Positions 51,018 to 59,985 of a stretch of 64,000 nt of DNA are shown here, in pieces; the stretch's first letter is position 1, and every line of letters starts with the position of its first letter. The position numbers and the translations under genes are program-made. The stretch lies in the NCBI GenBank assembly GCA_910588255.1, contig CAJUOM010000002.1:15470-79469 (forward strand). Direction: 5' to 3'. The notes under the pieces are model-generated. The model did no database searches, was not told the origin of the DNA, and saw only the letters and a program-made list of their open reading frames with translations. Source of the stretch: an uncultured Alphaproteobacteria bacterium (GTDB lineage Bacteria > Pseudomonadota > Alphaproteobacteria > RUG11792).

Positions 51018-51635
51018 ATGTTATTTAGTTTTTCTTCTTTAACTTCTTCCTTAAGCCGGTATTTTTTAATACCGGCTTTGTTTTTTTCTATTTCAGCAAA
51101 AGATCTTTCAACTCAAATTGAAAATTACTTAAAAGGTATAAATTTTATTTCTGCAGATTTTGAACAAATATTAAATACAGGAAAAATTTATGAGGGACAT
51201 TTTTGGCTAGCGAAAAGAGGCAAAACAAAAGCAAAAATTGAATATACCAAAGGTTTAAATCAGGATATATTCATTAATGATGCATATATAACTATTATAG
51301 ATAAAAAAACAAACAAAAAATATACAAATTTAATTTCACAAACTCCAATATATTCTGTTTTAACGGGGAAATTAAGTTTATCAAAAGAAAAATATAAAAT
51401 TATAGAAAACAATAAAAACATTCTTCGATTAGTAATAGAAAAATCCTCTTCATTTGGGGGAATAAGTATTATGCTTGTTTTTTCAAAATACCAAAATGGA
51501 AATATAAAAAATTTAGAAGCGTGGATTATTAATGACGGAAAAAATGAAACATTATTCAGTTTCGATCCTGAAAATTTATCAGTAAATGATGAAAAAAAAG
51601 TTCCAGAATCAATTTTTACTTTTAAAAGTAGATAA
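51018..51635 (+). CDS. lolA: outer-membrane lipoprotein carrier LolA-like protein
   Basis: Signal peptide and the pattern ADFEQ......G...G.F......K.K.EY......I..ND....IID. Confidence 0.55.
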   Translation: MLFSFSSLTSSLSRYFLIPALFFSISAKDLSTQIENYLKGINFISADFEQILNTGKIYEGHFWLAKRGKTKAKIEYTKGLNQDIFINDAYITIIDKKTNKKYTNLISQTPIYSVLTGKLSLSKEKYKIIENNKNILRLVIEKSSSFGGISIMLVFSKYQNGNIKNLEAWIINDGKNETLFSFDPENLSVNDEKKVPESIFTFKSR

Positions 51636-51680
51636 ATTTATTTTAACATAAAATAAGAGGGATAAGTTTTTGAGTTAGAT

Positions 51681-52334
51681 ATGCGTATTGCAGCTTCTCT
51701 TTTATCTTGTGATTTATTAAATATTGAATCAGAAATTAAACTTTTGAAAAAAGCGGGAATAGCTGCTGTTCACATAGATATTATGGATGGGCATTTTGTT
51801 CCGAATATCGCTTTTGGAATAGATATAATAAAACAAATTGCAAAAATTTCTGAATTACCTATTTCCGTGCACCTTATGATAGACAATCCTGAGCAATTCA
51901 TAGATATTGTATCATATTATAATGTAGATTATTTGATTATTCATACGGAAAATTCAAGAAATGTAGAGAATCTTATGAATCGTATAAAAAACAAAGGCAT
52001 TGGCTGCGGAATAGCTATAAATCCACAAACCCAAATTAATTCTATTCGAAGATATCTAGAAAAATGTGATTTAGCATTAGTTATGGGAGTTCATCCAGGA
52101 TTTGGAGGACAAACTCTCATTTCATCAACTTTGAAGAAAATACAACAAATAAAAAGCATTAAACATGATATTATTGTTGGAATAGATGGTGGAATAAATG
52201 ATAAAACTATTTCTCTTGTAAACAAAGAAAAACCTGATATACTTATTGTCGGAAGCTATTTGTTCGATAGCGAAAAAGAAAATAAACTCGAAAGTATGAA
52301 AGAGAAAATAAAAGTTTTATGTCAGAAGGAATAG
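51681..52334 (+). CDS. rpe: ribulose-phosphate 3-epimerase
   Basis: 217 aa with SLLS.D, H.DIMDGHFVPN, HLM, V.PGFGGQ and DGGIN. Confidence 0.85.
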   Translation: MRIAASLLSCDLLNIESEIKLLKKAGIAAVHIDIMDGHFVPNIAFGIDIIKQIAKISELPISVHLMIDNPEQFIDIVSYYNVDYLIIHTENSRNVENLMNRIKNKGIGCGIAINPQTQINSIRRYLEKCDLALVMGVHPGFGGQTLISSTLKKIQQIKSIKHDIIVGIDGGINDKTISLVNKEKPDILIVGSYLFDSEKENKLESMKEKIKVLCQKE

Positions 52335-53875
52335 AACGATTTAGAAATTTGTTGTATCTTTATAAAGCAGAATTTATAAAAAACAGTTTTTTCTATAGAT
52401 TATCTTTAAACAGACGTTCTGATATTTTCGATACTTCAAAGTTTATTCCTGATCCGTGGGAAGGAAATCCAGATTCAGGAAAAAATATTTTAAATGGTGA
52501 ATTTTACAGTTTATTATTAAATCATCCCATAGATATATTAAACATATTTTCACAAAAAAAATGGAAAGAATCTAAATTTATTTCAGATTTTTTTTGGCTG
52601 AGAGATATACAGGCTATCGGAGGAAATAGTGGAAGAAAATATGCGCAAAATTTGATTTCGGCTTTTATCTCAAGCTATAAAAAAACTCGGAAATTTTGGA
52701 AATATGATGAAATATGGAATTGTGCAACGCTTGGGGAACGAATCGTAAATTGGATTTTATCTTATACTTTTTTTGCTTCAGGGAGTAGTGATAACTTTCA
52801 AAAAACACTACTTTCATCAATAGATGAACAACTTTCTCATCTATTGAAATGTTATAAAGCAGAATTTAATCCTTATTCAAAATTGATGGCTTTGAAAGGT
52901 ATTGTATTCTGTTATTGTGTTATGAAGTTTCGTCACAAGAAAAAGATATTCTTATTAATTAATGAGATATGTGAACTTATTGATAATGCTAATAATTCTT
53001 TTCTTAAAATGTCACCGAAGGATTATTTTCATATTTTCAGAAGCCTCTTAGAAATTCGATTTATAGTAAAGATCAATAATATCAATTTACCCGATCTATT
53101 TTTAACAACATTATCCAAGATGGCTGCGAATATTAGAGCTCTGCGACTAGGCAACGGGGAACTTTCTATGCATCCGAGAAATAGCAATGAAAATATGCTG
53201 TTTATTCCATCATCAAGAATAATAGATACAGCTCTTTCCATAGTGGACATAAAAGATAACGCTTCTTTGGATTTAGGATTCGATAGATTAGCAACGAAAA
53301 AATCAACATTGATAATCAATACAAAAACATATAATATGAAATCGATATTTAATCCTCTAAAAGAACCAGGAATAAATATATTTGATTTTGAAGCTTCTTT
53401 TGGTATGAATAAATTACTCCACCGCTCTGATATATCAGTTTTATATAATAATCACAGGATAAAATTAGGAAAAAATTCTCAAAACTTTTCAAAAAGAGAA
53501 ATAAAAAATAACACACTATTATTTGAAGGTGAATCTCAATTTTTTAATAACTTCTTCAAATTCGCATTTAAAAGAGAATTAAAATGTTTTTCGAATTTCT
53601 CGAAATTAGAAGGTAGAGAACTCATATTTTTATCGAAACCTAATACGGAATTTTTCGTTCGTTTTGTTTTTAATGAAAACGCAGAACTTTGTCAAACGGA
53701 TGAAAGAGGAGTCTTGGTTATTTTTTCACAAACAGCCTATGATTTTAAATATATTTTTAATGATAAATTATCATTAAAAATTAGAAAACTGAAATTTCCA
53801 ACAGTAGAAATAACTGCTATTTCTGATGGAAAAAATGAAATAGAATGTAATTGGACAATTGAAGAAAGAGAGTAA
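52319..53875 (+). CDS. heparinase II/III-like family protein (conserved alphaproteobacterial hypothetical)
   Basis: 518 aa. The N-terminal pattern (DPWEGN...G..IL.G.F, FFWLRD..A.GG...R.YA..LI..FI) resembles the heparinase II/III-like proteins found in alphaproteobacteria. The assignment is tentative. Confidence 0.4.
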   Translation: MSEGIERFRNLLYLYKAEFIKNSFFYRLSLNRRSDIFDTSKFIPDPWEGNPDSGKNILNGEFYSLLLNHPIDILNIFSQKKWKESKFISDFFWLRDIQAIGGNSGRKYAQNLISAFISSYKKTRKFWKYDEIWNCATLGERIVNWILSYTFFASGSSDNFQKTLLSSIDEQLSHLLKCYKAEFNPYSKLMALKGIVFCYCVMKFRHKKKIFLLINEICELIDNANNSFLKMSPKDYFHIFRSLLEIRFIVKINNINLPDLFLTTLSKMAANIRALRLGNGELSMHPRNSNENMLFIPSSRIIDTALSIVDIKDNASLDLGFDRLATKKSTLIINTKTYNMKSIFNPLKEPGINIFDFEASFGMNKLLHRSDISVLYNNHRIKLGKNSQNFSKREIKNNTLLFEGESQFFNNFFKFAFKRELKCFSNFSKLEGRELIFLSKPNTEFFVRFVFNENAELCQTDERGVLVIFSQTAYDFKYIFNDKLSLKIRKLKFPTVEITAISDGKNEIECNWTIEERE

Positions 53876-54632
53876 GCATTTGAAAAACCAGGGGATAATA
53901 CATTATGGATCAAGTGAAAATCTTGTGATAAAAACAGCTTTTGATATGGCTTTAGACTATCTCAGCAATGAAAATACAAATAAAGATATGCTTTCCAGAT
54001 ATATTTTTTCAAACACGTACCCGAACTTTTTCCATTTGAAAAAAAGTTCGGATGAAAATGAAATTTCTATAGAAAAATCGAGAGAAATAATTAACTTTCT
54101 ATCTCAAAAACCAAGTTTAAACAGAAATAGAGCTGTATTAATCGAGAATTTTGAAGATATGTCACGTAATGCTGCAAATTCCATTTTAAAGATCCTTGAA
54201 GAACCACCGTCAAATTCTATAATAATTTTAACCACAACACGATTATTTTCTATTCTACCAACTATCAGATCTAGATGTGTTAAATTTAGAGTAAAATCAG
54301 AAACTTCTCCAAACGCAATAAATTACTCAAATTCTTTAGAATTTGCAAAAGACAAGTTGAAGAATATTGATTCCAAATTGATTGAAAAATTTGATAAATT
54401 TATAAACTCGGGTTGCGTTGATTGCATGACATTTGCTAAAGAAAACTCTGCAAACTTTATTGAGTTTTTAAAAACAGCTTTAATTTTTTGCTCACTCAAA
54501 GCATCATTTGGGAATTTGGAATACGCCCAAAAATTATTATCCTTGCAAGAATTTTATAACTTGGCAGAATTAACTTATCCGGACAAACAAACTGCTATTA
54601 TAGCAGTTTGTGAAATATTAAATAACAAATAA
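53859..54632 (+). CDS. holB: DNA polymerase III delta' subunit (short)
   Basis: Motifs AANSILKILEEPP.NSIIILTT and LPTIRSRC. Uses a TTG start, and the Walker A region is degenerate. Confidence 0.65.
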   Translation: MKKESKHLKNQGIIHYGSSENLVIKTAFDMALDYLSNENTNKDMLSRYIFSNTYPNFFHLKKSSDENEISIEKSREIINFLSQKPSLNRNRAVLIENFEDMSRNAANSILKILEEPPSNSIIILTTTRLFSILPTIRSRCVKFRVKSETSPNAINYSNSLEFAKDKLKNIDSKLIEKFDKFINSGCVDCMTFAKENSANFIEFLKTALIFCSLKASFGNLEYAQKLLSLQEFYNLAELTYPDKQTAIIAVCEILNNK

Positions 54633-54646
54633 TTCCAGAAAAATAT

Positions 54647-54679
54647 CTAAAATTTTATGGGACTTTTTATTTTTTGACA
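54647..54679 (+). repeat. solo 24-nt motif plus TTGACA
   Basis: CTAAAATTTTATGGGACTTTTTAT at 54647-54670 and TTGACA at 54674-54679. The -10 is weak. It points across tRNA-Val (antisense) toward the capsid gene. Confidence 0.6.
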
Positions 54680-54722
54680 AATTATTAAAAAATATCTTAA
54701 CCTGAATATAGATCAGATAAAT

Positions 54723-54798
54723 TGGTGGTCGCAACAGGACTCGAACCTGTGACAACTGCGATGTGAACGCAGTGCTCTACCAACTGAGCTATACGACC
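54723..54798 (-). tRNA. tRNA-Val (CAC)
   Basis: 76 nt. The reverse complement is GGTCGTATAGCTCAGTTGGTAGAGCACTGCGTTCACATCGCAGTTGTCACAGGTTCGAGTCCTGTTGCGACCACCA. Anticodon loop TTCACAT. Confidence 0.85.
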
Positions 54799-54879
54799 TG
54801 TTCACCAATACATATCATATTTGATCTTATCAAAAAAACATATTAAATTAAACAATTTTATTTTAAGGAGAAAAAAATT

Positions 54880-55839
54880 ATGAATATACCTGAACAAAAT
54901 TTAAACGATATAAATATCGCAGACTCAAAAAAGTTTATAAACTTTTTGAAAGGAAACCAAGATACACATGAATCTATTGTTTTGCCAGCGTGTATAACAG
55001 ATTCTATTAGCAGCAAAATACAAGCTCTGAGTCCTATAAAATCACTTGCAAAAGTGACATATACTTCTGGAGACAGATTAGATATTGTTACTGATTCTGG
55101 AAAAGCCCAGGAATCAGGCTGGATAACTGACGAGTTGATAAAAAACAATGAGAATAATACAGTTTCAAAAATATCGATTTATCTGCATCAATTGTTTGCT
55201 AAACCAAGAGTTGCGCATAGCCTTTTAGAAGATCAAACAACAAATGTTGAAGAATTTATTCACGATAAAATAACTACTCAAATGGCTGCATCTGAAAATA
55301 AAGCGTTTTTGTTTGGAGATGGAATTTCTCAACCTAAAGGAATTTTAAGCTATGAAATTTCGACAGAAAGTCCAAAAGAACACCAAATTGAAGGCGTTAT
55401 TGGCGGTGTAAATGGAAAAATAACCGATTATACTAAGATTGTTGAAGTTATGGAAAAACTTCCTTCGAAATATCTTTCAGGTGCGACTTGGATTATGTCA
55501 AGAAACGCAGCTTCTCATATCAGAACACTTCGCGATGAGACAAATGGAAAATTCCTTTGGCAAAATTCGATAGCTCATGGTATCCCTGATACGCTTCTTG
55601 GCTATCCTGTCGTTATATGCGATGATATGCCGAAATTACACAAAACCGAGAATTGTACGCCGGTGTTATTTGCAAACTTGTATGAAGGTTATCAAATAGC
55701 AGAGAAGCCAACTATGAATATCTTGAAAGATCCATACAATGCAAAACCATTTGTTGAGTTTTATGCAACAAAAAGAATCGGTGGAGATGTTGTCAATTTC
55801 GACTCTATCAAAGCTTTAGTTTTGAAAAACGAAGAATAA
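54880..55839 (+). CDS. phage/GTA major capsid protein, HK97 family (short, little or no delta domain)
   Basis: 319 aa with FLFGDGISQPKGIL, ATWIMSRNAASHIRTLRDETNGKFLWQ and GYPVVICDDMP, as in HK97-type capsids. Confidence 0.7.
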   Translation: MNIPEQNLNDINIADSKKFINFLKGNQDTHESIVLPACITDSISSKIQALSPIKSLAKVTYTSGDRLDIVTDSGKAQESGWITDELIKNNENNTVSKISIYLHQLFAKPRVAHSLLEDQTTNVEEFIHDKITTQMAASENKAFLFGDGISQPKGILSYEISTESPKEHQIEGVIGGVNGKITDYTKIVEVMEKLPSKYLSGATWIMSRNAASHIRTLRDETNGKFLWQNSIAHGIPDTLLGYPVVICDDMPKLHKTENCTPVLFANLYEGYQIAEKPTMNILKDPYNAKPFVEFYATKRIGGDVVNFDSIKALVLKNEE

Positions 55840-55844
55840 TGAAA

Positions 55845-55863
55845 AGGAGGCGATACGCCTCCT
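55845..55863. terminator. bidirectional hairpin between the capsid gene and a convergent small ORF
   Basis: AGGAGGCG-ATA-CGCCTCCT. T-runs follow on both strands (AGTTTTA on the plus strand, TTTTCATTATT on the minus strand). Confidence 0.55.
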
Positions 55864-55867
55864 AGTT

Positions 55868-56230
55868 TTAGATTGGATACATTGTAACGATGCTTATAAC
55901 TCCATGTAAGACTTTTATGACAATCCTCACTCTGTTAGTTAGAGCCCCATTTTGATCAATTCCAATACCATTTCCTCCGAAATTATTATAGGTAACATCA
56001 ATTGTGAAGTTATTATTCGCTTGAACAGGATTCACGATCAAATTGCCTGGAAGAATAGTATTATCTGTCAATAAACCATTTATCATTCTATTAGTGAAAT
56101 TTTCTAAATTTAAACCAATAGGAGGAATAGGTTGTCTTGGGATAATAACATTTAAAGCATTAACTACGTTCGGCGCCAATCCTCCTGGGAAAAGGATTAC
56201 TGGATCTACACAAAACCCTAAATTACTCAA
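55868..56230 (-). CDS. hypothetical Asn/Gly/Pro-rich protein (120 aa, TTG start)
   Basis: Starts 1-2 nt after the stop of the upstream 190-aa ORF, with no SD. It shares a P-G-G + Asn-rich motif with that ORF (LFPGGLAPNVVNALN versus IIPGGMNHNILANNN). It may be the 3' part of one frameshifted gene. Confidence 0.35.
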   Translation of the reverse strand: MSNLGFCVDPVILFPGGLAPNVVNALNVIIPRQPIPPIGLNLENFTNRMINGLLTDNTILPGNLIVNPVQANNNFTIDVTYNNFGGNGIGIDQNGALTNRVRIVIKVLHGVISIVTMYPI

Positions 56231-56231
56231 A

Positions 56232-56804
56232 TTAATTAGGAAGGAGATTTAAAATTTCCAAATTATTTCCTCCATGAGTAACCCCATGCAAAGCATTCTG
56301 TTGTGCATTCATAACTCTTTGTATTATATTTGGGCGTACACGAAATATCCCCCTAGGAACAAGTTTATTAACCTTTACCAGAGGATTTTCATTTATTACA
56401 GAAAAAATAGGGAAATATCCCAAATGACCATGTGCCAAAAGATGAGTTTTTAATTCACTACATGATTTGTATACATCATTTATATTGGCAGGAGCTATAT
56501 AAGCGGCATTATTATTTGCTAGAATATTATGATTCATGCCTCCTGGAATAATAGGTATTTGAGCTAACAGCATTCTGGCTAATTCTCTCAATGTATTTGC
56601 AACAGGCATGCCATTTAAATGATTCATGAGCATTTGAGAGGTTAATCTATTGTTTCCTCCGACGTTATGCCACACATTATTTCCGCCCACTGGCCCAAAT
56701 GTATAGTTAGTACCAGCAATATTTACTTGTGCAGAATTAATATCTGTTATAAGATAAAATATAATAAAAGACATAAACTTTAATAACCTTCTTAATTGTT
56801 TCAT
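56232..56804 (-). CDS. hypothetical secreted Asn/Gly-rich protein (190 aa)
   Basis: Signal peptide (FIIFYLITDINSAQV) and GGNN repeats. No recognisable domain. Confidence 0.45.
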   Translation of the reverse strand: MKQLRRLLKFMSFIIFYLITDINSAQVNIAGTNYTFGPVGGNNVWHNVGGNNRLTSQMLMNHLNGMPVANTLRELARMLLAQIPIIPGGMNHNILANNNAAYIAPANINDVYKSCSELKTHLLAHGHLGYFPIFSVINENPLVKVNKLVPRGIFRVRPNIIQRVMNAQQNALHGVTHGGNNLEILNLLPN

Positions 56805-56826
56805 TTTGAAATCCTCCCCATAAAAT

Positions 56827-57162
56827 TTATTCAGTTAAATAACCGTATTCCGCATTAAATTTGGAGTATAAACTACGGCCTATGTCATCGATTAAGTCTG
56901 CTTTTGCCTCCGAAATGCTCCCATCATTTTCTGTCCACCGACCAGTCAGAATCTGTCGAACAACATCGTAGCTTCCTTCATCAATATTTTTTGATAAATC
57001 ATACAGATGTTGCATAACTTCATCCGAAGGCATGGTAACATTCTCAACGATATCATTCAAAATTCTTCCACCTTCACCTATTATAAATTCTTGATAAGTA
57101 ACTGTATTACCAGCATTCACCATACCAATCATTATCCCCAACGCTAAAATTTTCTTTAACAT
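56827..57162 (-). CDS. hypothetical small secreted protein (111 aa)
   Basis: Signal peptide (ILALGIMIGMVNAG) and an acidic mature part. Confidence 0.45.
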   Translation of the reverse strand: MLKKILALGIMIGMVNAGNTVTYQEFIIGEGGRILNDIVENVTMPSDEVMQHLYDLSKNIDEGSYDVVRQILTGRWTENDGSISEAKADLIDDIGRSLYSKFNAEYGYLTE

Positions 57163-57244
57163 AAGAACTAACCTCTAAAAACTATCTATATTTATTATAA
57201 CGAATAAACATTAAAAATCAATTAAAAAGAAAGGAAAAATAATT

Positions 57245-57778
57245 ATGTCAATATCAATATTACAATCAGTACTTGCTCTTGCACAATTTTCACCCAAAAT
57301 TGCAAAATGGTTGTCCGGGACAAAAGTTGAAACTATATCAAATAAAATCGTTGAAATAGCAAAGGAAGTAACCAACAGTTCAAGTGAAAAAGATGCAATT
57401 GAAAAAATTAAAACAGACAAGAATATGTATTTATTATTTGAAAAAGCTCTTATAAATTCAGAAAGAGAAATAGAGCTTGCTGTAATAAAGGATAAACAAG
57501 ATGCCAGATCTCGCGATATAGCGATTATTAACTCCGGAAAACGAAACAGAAGAGCAGATATAATGGTTGTTTCAGCCGCTATGGGTTTAATCTCCTGTCT
57601 TATTTCTATATGTTTTTATCAAAAGGAATTACCTGGAGAAGCTGTCGGAATCATATCAACTATTGCGGGCATATTTGGTGCCTGTTTGAAAGATGCTTAT
57701 AATTTTGAATTTGGTTCTTCAAGAGGGAGCAAAGAAAAAGATCAAACAGTTGCAAATATAATAAATAAAAGAAATTAA
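57245..57778 (+). CDS. phage holin-like membrane protein (GTA 3-TM holin-like architecture)
   Basis: 177 aa. An amphipathic N-terminus, a central coiled region with DARSRD, C-terminal TM segments and the tail FEFGSSRGSKEKD. The layout resembles alphaproteobacterial GTA/phage holins. The assignment is tentative. Confidence 0.35.
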   Translation: MSISILQSVLALAQFSPKIAKWLSGTKVETISNKIVEIAKEVTNSSSEKDAIEKIKTDKNMYLLFEKALINSEREIELAVIKDKQDARSRDIAIINSGKRNRRADIMVVSAAMGLISCLISICFYQKELPGEAVGIISTIAGIFGACLKDAYNFEFGSSRGSKEKDQTVANIINKRN

Positions 57779-57788
57779 TAATGAACAT

Positions 57789-57818
57789 AAGGAAAGAAAT
57801 ATTTATGTTTCTTTCCTT
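57789..57818. terminator. hairpin between convergent genes
   Basis: 11-bp stem AAGGAAAGAAA / TTTCTTTCCTT with an 8-nt loop. It overlaps the stop of the 57817-58248 ORF. Confidence 0.45.
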
Positions 57819-58248
57819 AATCTGTCAATCTTGGGATACCATAAGGATGCAAAAACATAGCGCGAATCTTGTTTAATTCTTCCGCACTAGGCATTAAATT
57901 ATATATTTTATAATTATCAGGTTTATAAGGTTCAGGTATAGATGGAATATAAGGAATATCAAAATCAAATATTTCTTGCTGACAGTTATAAAAGAAAATA
58001 TTACCAATTTTAATAATTCTTGTTCCATTAGAGAGATACAATATTTCTTCAGGGGATGGAGATGGATTTCGCAAAGGGAGCTGTTCTTCTGAGTCCTCTA
58101 TGGAAGGATTTATTTCCTCGATTGAAGGACTAGGATTGGGTAACGAATTATCGAAATAAATAATCGGGGCATTCAAATCATCTTCATCGGGCATAAATAT
58201 TTCTCTGTATGGTGATACCGGAGGCGATACAGGATCATCATTTACCAC
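57817..58248 (-). CDS. hypothetical Pro/Ser-rich protein
   Basis: Repeated NPSPS..EEI motifs. The start is uncertain (GTG at 58248 or the ATG giving MPDEDD). Confidence 0.3.
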   Translation of the reverse strand: MVNDDPVSPPVSPYREIFMPDEDDLNAPIIYFDNSLPNPSPSIEEINPSIEDSEEQLPLRNPSPSPEEILYLSNGTRIIKIGNIFFYNCQQEIFDFDIPYIPSIPEPYKPDNYKIYNLMPSAEELNKIRAMFLHPYGIPRLTD

Positions 58249-58478
58249 AGAAAAAGGTTTTCAGTTGCAAGAAGTATATATAAAAAATATTTCAACATAT
58301 GATACCATACTACTAACAATACACTATATAATCTAACATGTTTATAAGAAAATTACTATAAACTTGCAAATGATTTTATAATTCCTCAAGACAGGATTCA
58401 TCAAATCAGAAACTCTGTGATACTAGACATAATATGACTGAATTAACAACATTCTAAAAGTATCCTGAGGAGATACAG

Positions 58479-58524
58479 AGGCTTATATAAGACTAGACTG
58501 ATAAAATCATTTAATCGAAATATC
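58479..58524 (+). mobile_element. IS256-family transposase relic (very short)
   Basis: AGGCTTATATAAGACTAGACTGATAAAATCATTTAATCGAAATAT aligns with the AGGCTTGTTTATACAACCAATCCGATAGAGTCATTTAATCGAAATAT segment of the relic at 5283-5460 (..IESFNRN..). Confidence 0.45.
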
Positions 58525-58641
58525 TAGCAACGAAAATCCATTTTTCAAAATGTAAAATTCAATAAGAGTATAAATTAATACAGTTAATTAACCCATATTT
58601 GCAGATAAGTTAGCTAATTATGGCTCTATCCCTTGATCCCA

Positions 58642-59970
58642 TTATCTTAATAAATTATACCATTTTAAGGTTTGATATCTTCTGTAGAATAATATCAATG
58701 TAATAATCGTCCACAGTATAGTAAGCCAATAAATCAGGATTGCGGAATTTAAAAGTCCCAGATAATACAATAAACAAACCGGAGCAACAACACATCCCCA
58801 TAAGGAACAAAGATTCGCAATCATAGGATATTTTGTATCTCCTCCAGACATTAATATACCCCAAATAAGAGAACATACTCCTTCAAGAGGAATAGAAAAG
58901 CAGAGAAGTCTAAAAATGGTTTTTATTGCTGGATATAAAGCAGATATGTCATCATGAAGCATATTCAGGAAAAATAACAAAGATTCTGGAAAAACAGCTA
59001 AAGGCATTGCCATAACTATACCTATTGCAAAAATAATATTCAAGAAAGTTTTGAATGATTTTCTAATTGAGTTCAAATCTTTCTGTCCAATCAAATTTGC
59101 GGAAACTGTTGCTGCAGATTTGCTTATTCCATCACAAATGAAGGCAAAAAATACATATATACTAACACATATTCCCTGGACTATTGCAAGATCTTTTGAA
59201 ACATGGCTAATTGCAACATAGACAAGATACTAGGCTAAGAGCTCAAAAATACGTCCTGCAGACATTGGATATCCCAATTTTATACATCCTTTAAATATTT
59301 CTTTGTTAAACTTTATATTAGATGTTGTTTTGTATCTCAATCGATTGTTTTTGTTGAAAAATACAAGAGCAAGAACCAATATCTGAACAACTTCTGCCAA
59401 AATTGTTGCGATAGCAGCTCCTTTGCATCCCATTTCCGAAATCAAATTTTTATATCCAAAGATAAATAAAATATCTAAAATAATATTTGAAACAGCTCCT
59501 AATAATACTGTATATGCTATGATTCTCGTTTTTCCTTGCCCAATAAAAAATGAAGCAAAAGCAACTTTTATTGCTGGAAGTGATGCGAGATATATAAGAG
59601 GTTTTTGATAATCGATTCCTTCCTTTTCGCAATAACTTGGAAGTAAATTAATATATTCTGTAAAATATCCAAAAGGAAACAGGATAATAAAACCAATCAA
59701 TGAAAAGTAAATCATTTGCCAAACAGGCACGGCTAAATCTGAATAGCTCTTTTTTCCATTACTTTGTCCTACATAAATTTCAGAAATTCCAGCTATAGAT
59801 GAGAAAACAAAACTAAATATAGCAACGAAGTTTCCTGACATGGCCGCAGCATTCATTGGGTCAATAGAATAATAAACCAAAATCATCCGGTCAATTAGAT
59901 ACAACAAATTCGCTGACAATGCCGAAAGAATTAACGGCAGTGATATATTTAAATACTTTTTAAAGAACTG
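58642..59970 (-). pseudogene. MATE-family efflux transporter interrupted by an in-frame TAG and lacking a start codon
   Basis: ORFs 59230-59919 and 58642-59094 are in the same frame. Reading through the TAG at 59230-59232 gives ...GRIFELLA*YLVYVAISHVSKDLAIVQGICVS...ANLIGQKDL. The frame is open up to 59970 (QFFKKYLNISLPLILSALSANLL) but has no ATG, GTG or TTG before the conserved N-terminus. Confidence 0.7.
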
Positions 59971-59985
59971 TTAATTACCTTATGT

